Both the position numbers and the translations under genes were made by a program. A stretch of DNA of 63,134 nt, the filler included, from Octopus bimaculoides (taxonomy: Eukaryota), in NCBI RefSeq assembly GCF_001194135.2. It is 4 parts of 4 records of this genome, joined end to end, with 100 filler letters (N's around TTAATTAATTAA, not from the genome) between each part and the next. Parts side by side here need not be neighbours in the genome. Positions count along the whole stretch, not along the records: positions 29,099 to 56,596 come from NC_068981.1; positions 56,697 to 60,008 come from NC_068998.1; positions 60,109 to 63,134 come from NC_068991.1; 1 more part is not named here. One strand, given 5' to 3'. Of the stretch, positions 52,488-63,134 are shown piece after piece. Under the pieces are notes generated by a model. That model had not been told where the DNA came from, searched no databases, and saw only the letters and a list, made by a program, of their open reading frames with translations. How positions within the stretch are numbered: position 1 is the stretch's first letter; each line of letters begins with the position of its first letter.

Positions 52488-52548
<61 letters not shown>

Positions 52549-53129
52549 GCCAATATCTTGCTAGTTATCGTATATTAATAAGTTGGTTCGGTGTAGAACA
52601 AAACAAAGACTATCATCAAAATATGATAACAGTTTAATTTAACACTTCATTGGTTTCTAACGTCAAATACTAATATATATACACACACACACACGTAATT
52701 ATGTATTTATGTATGCGTGTATGTGTGTGGGTGTGTGCGTGTGCGTGTGTATACATGTATGTATGTATATTCAGCACAGGGTAACGTATGTACTCAACCA
52801 TCTACTCATACAAACAGTCCGCCTTTCAGCTGTTCAAATTACCATCGCCGCACACGTATGTACATATATAAGAATATATATGGGCGTGTGTGTGTATATA
52901 TATATACACACAGACACAGACACACATACACACACACATATATTATATATATTATATCTGCATATGTGTGTGTATAGCTGTATGTGTATATGTATGCGTG
53001 GATGTTATCTGTTCCTTATGTATTGTTTGTATAAATGTAGCTAAGTATAAATGCATGCAGATGAGTGTGCATGTCTATGCATTTAAACACGTATATATTT
53101 ATGTACGAATGTATGTTCGTATGTCTGTT

Positions 53130-53620
53130 TTATTGTTTCCATTTATTAGTATTTCCTGCAGAATGAAGGTACTGGATTCTAAGGAACAAAAAGCCTCATC
53201 ATTGGAGTTTGCATAACAACTTTCTTTTACATCTTGCGCATTTTAACAATTCCATACACAGATTATATCCGTAAAGTTCGCGTTGGTCGGCTTCTTTCAA
53301 TTATTGAAAATTCCAGCTTCTCTAGGTTGCCACTCAAACGTTTACTAACATAACCGAGTACACCAATAATTATTGCTTTCAGTATAAAATATATAATCAG
53401 GCTAGAGAGTTTGCATGTTTCGGAGCACTTCTCCATAGATAGTCTCATTCTTACTCCTTTTTGCTGTATAATACTTACCTTTTATATTCACTCCCAAATA
53501 ACTTTCAGGATTTTGTAGAAGATTGGATGGGAATCTTCCACCAATATTGTTTGTACGGATTTGCACATGTTTACGGTTGGTGTTTATATGTACCTCACGA
53601 GTATTTTCTGTGGATGACAT
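53130..53620 (-). mobile_element. R4/Dong-like REL retroelement 3' fragment, copy B
   Basis: NETIYGEVLRNMQTL, AIIIGVLGYVSKRLSGNLEKLEFS..RTLRI.SVYG.VKM, plus a 3' UTR homologous to copy C. Confidence 0.75.
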
Positions 53621-53759
53621 TCTGTAGATGTAAATATGCATATCTACATTTATATACGTATGTATGTATGTATGTATGTATGTATGTATGTATGCATGTA
53701 TGTATATCTATCTGTATGGATGTATGTACGTATGAAATTTATGAATGTGTATTCGCTTC

Positions 53760-54541
53760 TGTTTTTAATTATTTGAAATCTTCCTATCAGCTGTTTTTTT
53801 TTCTAAATAAAACAAAGCGCCATCATTAGAATGTAAATAACAGAACAATGTTAAACTTTGAACTCGCGTAAAGTGCTGTGTGTATTTCTACTGTCCCACT
53901 TACGGACTGTATTTGGAATGAGCGAATTAGCTGGTTGATCTCTCTGAGAGCCCTAGGTTTTCTGGATTGTCACTTAGGGATTTATATAACCAACTGCACC
54001 AACTGTTATTGGTATAAATATGAATTTATAATCTGGGTAGAGAAACTGAACATTTCGAAGCAATAGTCCTTAGTTATTGTCTTTCTTTGATTTTCAAAGA
54101 GATATTCATATCAACAGGGCAGCAGAACTCTCCGACAGTATATGCTCTTTTTTGGAAGTCCCAAACAACAATGTCCAGCCCGTAATGTTTATACTTAGTA
54201 GAAGTTTTGATGGGAATCTTTCACCAATATTCTTTGTGTTGATGTTTCTGTATTTATTCAATATTAAGATGGCGATTCTCTATATTTATTCCTGGACATT
54301 CTTTTGCCCGAATGGCACTATGTATAATGTTTCAACAACAACGTCGTCTCGCACTGGGAGGAGGTACCTGGAGGGCATTTTGAGGCAGCTTTTGATCGGA
54401 TTCGATTGCATCGTGGGGTTTCACGGGTTTACTGTCTCTTTTATTGATTAGGAATTATTTCTTTTAGTTGTTTCCTGTTCGTGGATTGCAACTGCAAAAC
54501 CTTTATATTGTGATAAAGTCATCACTTCATGACGGTATTAA
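53760..54541 (-). mobile_element. R4/Dong-like REL retroelement 3' fragment, copy C (runs into a gap)
   Basis: SCLKMPSRYLLPVRDDV; YKHYGLDIVVWDF; VGEFCCPVDM; LRNVQFLYPDYKFIFIPITVGAVGY. Confidence 0.8.
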
Positions 54542-55192
54542 NNNNNNNNNNNNNNNNNNNNNNNNNNNNNNNNNNNNNNNNNNNNNNNNNNNNNNNNNNN
54601 NNNNNNNNNNNNNNNNNNNNNNNNNNNNNNNNNNNNNNNNNNNNNNNNNNNNNNNNNNNNNNNNNNNNNNNNNNNNNNNNNNNNNNNNNNNNNNNNNNNN
54701 NNNNNNNNNNNNNNNNNNNNNNNNNNNNNNNNNNNNNNNNNNNNNNNNNNNNNNNNNNNNNNNNNNNNNNNNNNNNNNNNNNNNNNNNNNNNNNNNNNNN
54801 NNNNNNNNNNNNNNNNNNNNNNNNNNNNNNNNNNNNNNNNNNNNNNNNNNNNNNNNNNNNNNNNNNNNNNNNNNNNNNNNNNNNNNNNNNNNNNNNNNNN
54901 NNNNNNNNNNNNNNNNNNNNNNNNNNNNNNNNNNNNNNNNNNNNNNNNNNNNNNNNNNNNNNNNNNNNNNNNNNNNNNNNNNNNNNNNNNNNNNNNNNNN
55001 NNNNNNNNNNNNNNNNNNNNNNNNNNNNNNNNNNNNNNNNNNNNNNNNNNNNNNNNNNNNNNNNNNNNNNNNNNNNNNNNNNNNNNNNNNNNNNNNNNNN
55101 NAAATACAGTAAGAGAATCATATTAATGTTGATGTCAAAAGTGCATTATGCATTCACACATATATACAGACACACATACACTCACATTTATA

Positions 55193-55246
<54 letters not shown>

Positions 55247-55549
55247 TACCTTCATCTCTGTTGTGTTTTTTTGGTGTGTGTGTGTTTTTTTTTGTATGTG
55301 TGGATGTGTATGTATGCAAACTGTCTTGATTTAAAGCAAAACTAATTAAGCCGTACTAATACATGTTCCTCCACTCCACCGACAACATGGCAATTTTTCA
55401 CATCAATTCTTCAACATGCGAGTGACTTGATGTGCGTAATAAACTGTTTAAAGAACGAATTGTTACACGCTGACTGAATATAAAAGAGGCTTGTTTGTCC
55501 GATATCTCCGAGTGGAGCTCTTTCTAGACCGTTCTGAATAGATTTTTAA

Positions 55550-55630
<81 letters not shown>

Positions 55631-55849
55631 TCTTCCTCTGCTTCATTCATTATCTCCTCTCTGTCCTCACTTCTTTCCCTCTTTCTTTCTTTACCTCTTT
55701 CTTTTCTTCCTTCTTGTATACATGAGATAATTGGACTCGTCTTACGAGTCAATTGCTGTACAAATATCCAGAGTTTATTTCGTTGCTAATCCGTCTGTTT
55801 GGCTTTGCTTATGCAGTCACCGTGTGGCTTTCGGTATGTGTGTGTGTGT

Positions 55850-55904
<55 letters not shown>

Positions 55905-55916
55905 TTATCATTATTA

Positions 55917-55961
<45 letters not shown>

Positions 55962-56298
55962 GTTTTGTGTGTTCTGTTTTAACAACTGCTGGTTATTCCA
56001 TACAGACCAGGCGGAGCTCAACAGAATTAGAAGCCCTCCAGATTTTTAACAGAGTGGGGGAGGAATAGGGAACCCAACGACGGTAATTCTACCGTGTAAA
56101 AAGCAACAGGCGTTGGCTATTGATTTCTTTCAGGAGTTTTATTCTATTTTATATATTTTTTTTTTTATTAAACAGTTTTTGCCATAATAAACCGAAATAT
56201 TATATTCATAGAATACTTTGGACGTTTCCTTAGTTGAATACTCTTTCAGGACCCTAATGCAATAATGACCAGGGCTTACAGCTTACCACCACCACCAT

Positions 56299-56382
<84 letters not shown>

Positions 56383-56524
56383 CACAACTGCTACTACTAC
56401 CGCTACTACTGCTACTGCTAATGCTGACATCACCAACAATCATCAACATCGATGCGGCTCTTACAGACTCCCACTGCTTATTCAGAATTTTTATTCCAAT
56501 CAATATCACTATGTATTATTACAC

Positions 56525-56562
<38 letters not shown>

Positions 56563-56596
56563 GTCGTCGTCGTCGTTTTAGTCTTCATCGTCATTG

Positions 56597-56696
56597 NNNN
56601 NNNNNNNNNNNNNNNNNNNNNNNNNNNNNNNNNNNNNNNNTTAATTAATTAANNNNNNNNNNNNNNNNNNNNNNNNNNNNNNNNNNNNNNNNNNNN
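56597..56696. other. Artificial scaffold linker 44N-TTAATTAATTAA-44N
   Basis: 12-mer at 56641-56652. Confidence 0.92.
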
Positions 56697-57078
56697 ATCT
56701 ATTTATTGCAGCTTCACTTAATTTTTTAAAAAATTCCTGAATAGATTTTAATCGAAATAAATTAACAATTCTCATTAAACTTGATAGTTTTCAAATTGAA
56801 TTTTTTTTTTATTTATATATTTATTTTGTTTCAAATTTTTCAAAAAACAAAAATACATATTTTCTGGGAGATGAGAGCTTCGAAGGAGGATTTGTTCTTT
56901 CTTCATTTTTTTTTTCTTTTTCCAGTAATAATAATTTAGTAACTTTTTAATTTTGGGGTCATTTTTGAGTGATATTGCTATGTTTTTGTTTGTTTTTGTT
57001 ATTTCTTTCTTTCTTTTTATTACATATAATTTTTGGTACAAGTTGATGATTTCTTAGTTATTTTCTTTATTGCGAATA

Positions 57079-57414
57079 GTGGAGGCGCAATGGTCTAGTG
57101 GTTAGGGCTGTGGACTCGCGGTCGTAGGAGCGTGGTTTCGATTCCCACATCGGGCGTTGAGTGTTTATTGAGCGAAAATACCTAAATCTCCACGAACCCT
57201 GCTGTACCCTTTCACCACAAATTTCTCTCACTCTTTCTTCTTGTTTTCGCCAGCCTTGTCACACTCAGTGTCACGCTGAATCTCCCCCGAGAATTACGTT
57301 AAGGGTACACGTGTCTGTGGAGTGATCAGCCACTTACACGTTGATTTCACGAGCAGGCTGTTCCGTTCATCGGATCAACTGGAACCCTCGTCGTCGCATC
57401 CGACGGAGTTCCAC
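57079..57414 (+). mobile_element. SINE family 4, full-length tRNA-derived copy with CpGs retained
   Basis: A box tggtctagtggtta; B box ggtttcgattccc; body homologous to 23377-23682. Confidence 0.9.
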
Positions 57415-57629
57415 GATTGCGGATAAAATATTCGATCTCACACAAACAGACACAAAAAACTTACATGCAAGGTCACCATCCCCCATCCACACGCGCATAC
57501 ACGTTCTCACATGCACACGCACGCGCACCTTCGTTTTGGGATCACCACTACTTTATTATCTTCTTTTCTTCCTAGCTCTCCTGCGTGATCCCTCTGTCCG
57601 ACAATCGCCATGATAGATCGCTAGCCACT

Positions 57630-57778
57630 GTTTATTTCTGTGTTCCTTTCTGTTGAAGAACGTAGGCTCGAAACGTAAAAGACTTTCTCACTTCCCGAGC
57701 GTCAAACTAATACATCTGTTTGTTGTTTACACACCCGTCTTCGTCTTTTGTTTTTTGTAAATTCTCATTATATATATA

Positions 57779-57780
<2 letters not shown>
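57630..57780 (+). mobile_element. Repeat with a minimal type I hammerhead-like motif and (TA)n end, copy 2
   Basis: Homologous to 30050-30225; motif at 57646-57681. Confidence 0.75.
57646..57681 (+). ncRNA. Candidate minimal hammerhead ribozyme with a non-canonical core
   Basis: cttt [ctgttga] a gaac-gtag-gctc [gaaa] cg [ta] aaag. Helix I 4 bp; helix II 3 of 4 bp; palindromic ACGT in place of helix III; A6 replaced by U. Confidence 0.4.
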
Positions 57781-57814
<34 letters not shown>

Positions 57815-58484
57815 CAGCAGTAGTAGCAGCAGTAATAAGTTTATTGTTTTCAGCGCTATACATCGGTATTCTGAGATGAACAGACAGACAAACAGACAGA
57901 TAGACAGATCGATCGATCGATCGATCGATAGATAGATAGATAGATAGATAGAAAGATAGATAGATAGATAGAGTAAGATTTTCTCACCAATATCACAACT
58001 GTTATTGAAATCTCTAATAAAATTAAGTAGAGAAATTTTTTTTCCAATTCCAAGATCAGAGGAAGTTTGCTCCTATCACAGACAGGTAGACGTTAAGAAC
58101 TACAAACACCGGTATTAAAATTATTTCGCTCTAAGTCCACCTTGTCAGTATGATTCAATCAAACATTACACACTAAGTTTCCGGTGAAATTCCCGCCATA
58201 GTTTATCAACTCATTTTAATGGACGGCCATTTTGTTATTTTTAGCTCCTCTTTTCTTTGGTGTTCGGTGTTGAGAATAGCAAAAACACATAAAAAAATTC
58301 CTGTATCCTTTCATTTTCTGATAATTGCTTCCTTGTCGACTTTCTATGTTCTGGTTTTCGGAGAAATGTCCGTATGTCTTGGCGAAGGAATGTTTATCGG
58401 TCGACTTAAAGGATGTACATTTGTTTCTTACACACATTCAATGCATCACACCTTTACTCTGTCCCCTTTTCCTCGCTTCATCAA

Positions 58485-58528
<44 letters not shown>

Positions 58529-58787
58529 CTCTTTCCCATGTATCTCTCGCCATCTCTATTTCTCTCTCCCTCTAATTCCATCTCTAACTTTCTCTTTTTT
58601 CTCTCTCTCTCCCTGACCCCATCTCTATCCTTCCTAGCTTCTCTCTCTCTCTCACACTACTTCTTTCTGACACTCTCTCTTTATCTTTATCTTTCTCATT
58701 TCTTGTCTATCTTTTCTGCCCCTCTCTCACACATATCTCTCTCGACCTCAATCTCTCACTCATCTTATCTTTCTCGTTGTCTTTCTC

Positions 58788-58850
<63 letters not shown>

Positions 58851-59674
58851 NNNNNNNNNNNNNNNNNNNNNNNNNNNNNNNNNNNNNNNNNNNNNNNNNN
58901 NNNNNNNNNNNNNNNNNNNNNNNNNNNNNNNNNNNNNNNNNNNNNNNNNNNNNNNNNNNNNNNNNNNNNNNNNNNNNNNNNNNNNNNNNNNNNNNNNNNN
59001 NNNNNNNNNNNNNNNNNNNNNNNNNNNNNNNNNNNNNNNNNNNNNNNNNNNNNNNNNNNNNNNNNNNNNNNNNNNNNNNNNNNNNNNNNNNNNNNNNNNN
59101 NNNNNNNNNNNNNNNNNNNNNNNNNNNNNNNNNNNNNNNNNNNNNNNNNNNNNNNNNNNNNNNNNNNNNNNNNNNNNNNNNNNNNNNNNNNNNNNNNNNN
59201 NNNNNNNNNNNNNNNNNNNNNNNNNNNNNNNNNNNNNNNNNNNNNNNNNNNNNNNNNNNNNNNNNNNNNNNNNNNNNNNNNNNNNNNNNNNNNNNNNNNN
59301 NNNNNNNNNNNNNNNNNNNNNNNNNNNNNNNNNNNNNNNNNNNNNNNNNNNNNNNNNNNNNNNNNNNNNNNNNNNNNNNNNNNNNNNNNNNNNNNNNNNN
59401 NNNNNNNNNNNNNNNNNNNNNNNNNNNNNNNNNNNNNNNNNNNNNNNNNNNNNNNNNNNNNNNNNNNNNNNNNNNNNNNNNNNNNNNNNNNNNNTATATA
59501 TATATATGAATATATATATATATACATATATATATACACATATTCATATACGTATAGATAAATAGATAGATAGACAGACAGGCGGACAGGCGGACAGGCA
59601 GACAGGCAGACAAACAGACAGACAGATAGATAGATGGATAGATAGACAGACAAAAAGAGAAACAAATAGATAGG

Positions 59675-59742
<68 letters not shown>

Positions 59743-60008
59743 CTAAGTATTTCTTCCTAATTCAACCGTTGTATTACCAAAACATGTAAACTAAATAAAC
59801 CTTTAGCGCTTCCCAACAACAAACTCTACTCAAAATAACAGTTTTTAGGAACTCCACTACAAACAACAGCCATACAACGACTACAACTCGTATAACTACC
59901 ACTACTACTACTACTACCACTGGGACATTCCCAACATCAAACATAAAAAACATGATTGACATGTGTGTGTGTGTCTGTGCATATATATATATATATGTGT
60001 GTGTGTGT

Positions 60009-60108
60009 NNNNNNNNNNNNNNNNNNNNNNNNNNNNNNNNNNNNNNNNNNNNTTAATTAATTAANNNNNNNNNNNNNNNNNNNNNNNNNNNNNNNNNNNN
60101 NNNNNNNN
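60009..60108. other. Artificial scaffold linker 44N-TTAATTAATTAA-44N
   Basis: 12-mer at 60053-60064. Confidence 0.92.
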
Positions 60109-61017
60109 TATATATATATATATATATGTTTGTGTGTGAGTGTGTGTGTGCGTATGTGCATTTAGTTGGCTGTTTTTATTTAAGATTGTACTAGAGTAGC
60201 GAATGATATGGAGTTTCACTGTAGGACAAAAGCCATATATCCCTTTCTATCCAGAAGCCATATGTTCCTTTATAACCGTACCTTATCTAAGTGTACTAAC
60301 ACTTCTGTGAAACTGATTGTCTTGCCTATGTCGATCGATTTCGAAAACTACCTTGAAACTCATTTCTGTTTTCTTCTTTTTCCCGTTGGTGATGTCGAAA
60401 TGAGTGTTTGCAGTTTCCTAACGAGATTTTCAGGCAGAGAAACAGAAAAATTGTGATTCTGACAGGGAATTTTCTGGGGGAGCTTTGTCAGTCACGTGTT
60501 GCTTATTGATCTGCTGCTGGAAGACACATTACGGTACACAAATTTTCTCGCGGAATTTGACCTTTAGGTGGGAAAGTTCAACATTTCAACAACCACATGT
60601 TGTTTCCAGTTATACTTTTTTCTTTGCAATAGTTTTCCCATGACATTAGACACATTTTTTCACGCAGCTGTAGCTTATCTTGATATTGTTTTTGTTGAAC
60701 AACTAATGTAATTCATATGAAATTATGGCTATTCACACGTTAAACATCGTGGTGTATTGAGCTCTTTTGCAATATTATTTAGTTTTAGAATACACACGCG
60801 TGCGCACACAATTATATATATTTGTATGCACATACACACATATGTATGTATATATTTATGTGTGTGTGTGTCTGCGTTTGTTGTAGGTACGTGAGTGTGT
60901 GCGTAAATGTGTGTATATGTGTACGTTTATTTTATTTTTAACGCTCCTGCACACTGTAAAAGACATTTGCAGCAGTATTCGCCTTCGAAGAGAAAGATGT
61001 CTCAGTATACGACATCA

Positions 61018-61218
61018 TTTTCTGCTCTAGGCACAAGGCTTGAAATTTTGGGAGAGGGGGCCAGACGATTAGATCGACTCCAGTACACAACTGGTACTTA
61101 AGTTATCGACCCCGAAAGGATAAAAAGCAAAGTCGACCTCGGTGGAGTTTGCACTCAGAACGTAAAGACAGACGAAATACCGCCGGTCGTTCTAACGATT
61201 CTGTCAGCTTGCTGCTTT
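61018..61218 (-). mobile_element. SINE family 2 copy
   Basis: Reverse complement of 42032-42248 with a small deletion in the hairpin region. Confidence 0.92.
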
Positions 61219-61514
61219 AGAGTCTAGATATATTTCAAAAGTTTTGCTGTACATCATCTGAAGGTCACTGCACTCCGGAGTGACGTAATAGGTGCAAGGG
61301 AAACTTAAATACTGTGAGACATTTTAATGACGGATGTACTGTTATCAGTATTTCAAAAGAGACTTTAATGTCCACATAAAACCAAGGTAATTGTGCCTGA
61401 ATACAGCAATACGGTTTCGTGTCTGAGTGGAAACTTCAACGACGTCTATTATAATTAAATGAAGTAAAAAAAACTGCAAAATATATATTTTCGAAGTCGA
61501 TATGAGCTCGAACA

Positions 61515-61564
<50 letters not shown>

Positions 61565-62459
61565 GTCTGTCTGTCGGTCTGTCGGTCTGTCGGTCTGTTT
61601 GTCTGCTTGTCTATTAATCTATCTATCTGTCTATCTATCCCCTTTCCCCCCGCTCCCCCCCTCTCTCTCTTTCTTATGTACATACGTTATTTCTCTGTAT
61701 ATATATATATATATATATATATANNNNNNNNNNNNNNNNNNNNNNNNNNNNNNNNNNNNNNNNNNNNNNNNNNNNNNNNNNNNNNNNNNNNNNNNNNNNN
61801 NNNNNNNNNNNNNNNNNNNNNNNNNNNNNNNNNNNNNNNNNNNNNNNNNNNNNNNNNNNNNNNNNNNNNNNNNNNNNNNNNNNNNNNNNNNNNNNNNNNN
61901 NNNNNNNNNNNNNNNNNNNNNNNNNNNNNNNNNNNNNNNNNNNNNNNNNNNNNNNNNNNNNNNNNNNNNNNNNNNNNNNNNNNNNNNNNNNNNNNNNNNN
62001 NNNNNNNNNNNNNNNNNNNNNNNNNNNNNNNNNNNNNNNNNNNNNNNNNNNNNNNNNNNNNNNNNNNNNNNNNNNNNNNNNNNNNNNNNNNNNNNNNNNN
62101 NNNNNNNNNNNNNNNNNNNNNNNNNNNNNNNNNNNNNNNNNNNNNNNNNNNNNNNNNNNNNNNNNNNNNNNNNNNNNNNNNNNNNNNNNNNNNNNNNNNN
62201 NNNNNNNNNNNNNNNNNNNNNNNNNNNNNNNNNNNNNNNNNNNNNNNNNNNNNNNNNNNNNNNNNNNNNNNNNNNNNNNNNNNNNNNNNNNNNNNNNNNN
62301 NNNNNNNNNNNNNNNNNNNNNNNNNNNNNNNNNNNNNNNNNNNNNNNNNNNNNNNNNNNNNNNNNNNNNNNNNNNNNNNNNNNNNNNNNNNNNNNNNNNN
62401 NNNNNNNNNATCACTGCATTGTTCAACGTTACTCTCTCTTTCCTATACATCACACCTTC

Positions 62460-62988
62460 TTCTTCTTATTGTTCTTCTTCTTCTTCTTCTTCTTCTTCTT
62501 CTTCTTTTTCTTCTTCTCCTCCTCCTCCTCCTCCTCCTCCTCCTTCTTCTTCTTCTTCTTCTTCTTCTTCTTCTTCTTCTTCTCCTTCTCCTCCTCCTCC
62601 TCCTCTGCCTCCCCCACCTTTCACTTTCTTTTTTTTCCTTTTCAAGTCACACTTTCTATGATGTAAACATACCATGAAAATGAAATGAAGGAATGCACTC
62701 TCTTGTACAAGAGGTAAATAAAAGCAGACAGGAAGAAAGAAAACAAGCTTCAGGTGGGGGTGCGCTGGAAGATGGAGGTTGGGGGGGAGGAGGAAATTTA
62801 GATAGGTAGAGTAAAGGAAAATATATCTAAAAGGAATAATGAAGATGAAACAAAGACAAACTGCACCTCCACCACCATCACCACCACCATCACCAACAAC
62901 AATATAATAATAATATAACAATAGCATCAACAGCAACAACAATAGTAATATCAATAACAGTAATGGTAATGATAATGGAAATAATAAC

Positions 62989-63023
<35 letters not shown>

Positions 63024-63070
63024 TAATAATAATAATAATAATAATAATGATGATGATAATAATAATAATG

Positions 63071-63134
<64 letters not shown>
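62460..63134. repeat. (TTC/CTC)n and terminal (AAT)n microsatellites
   Basis: Direct. Confidence 0.95.

Noticed and set aside
57079-57155. tRNA gene
   Set aside because: It has A and B boxes but continues into a SINE body shared with 23377-23682, so it is a SINE head.
58186-58232. E2F/YY1-like motifs (ttcccgccatagtt, ggccattttg)
   Set aside because: Short motifs with no supporting context.

Overview
AT-rich, microsatellite-dense, gap-riddled eukaryotic genomic DNA. The SINE repertoire looks like an octopus/cephalopod genome (recognition from memory, not a database result). I can support no intact protein-coding gene; almost all listed ORFs are translations of simple repeats or N-runs. The window is a transposon graveyard: an L1/Tx1-type ORF1 with a CCHC knuckle, RTE and CR1/L2-type LINE fragments, two Penelope-like remnants, three fragments of an R4/Dong-like REL-endonuclease retroelement, a Tc1 (DD34E) and an internally deleted mariner, a hAT MITE, and many copies of four SINE families. 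Three artificial 44N-TTAATTAATTAA-44N linkers split it into separately assembled pieces. The most interesting signals are: (i) a minimal hammerhead-ribozyme-like motif with a non-canonical core, in two copies of a repeat, one upstream of a Penelope remnant; (ii) an R4/Dong-like family whose three copies all abut (CATA)n on the same strand; (iii) a CR1/L2 LINE 3' end that matches a SINE tail; (iv) a sharp change in CpG decay at about 29 kb; (v) a (CT)n microsatellite that grew out of the SLSL codons of an RT gene. Element boundaries are approximate unless TIRs or TSDs are quoted.
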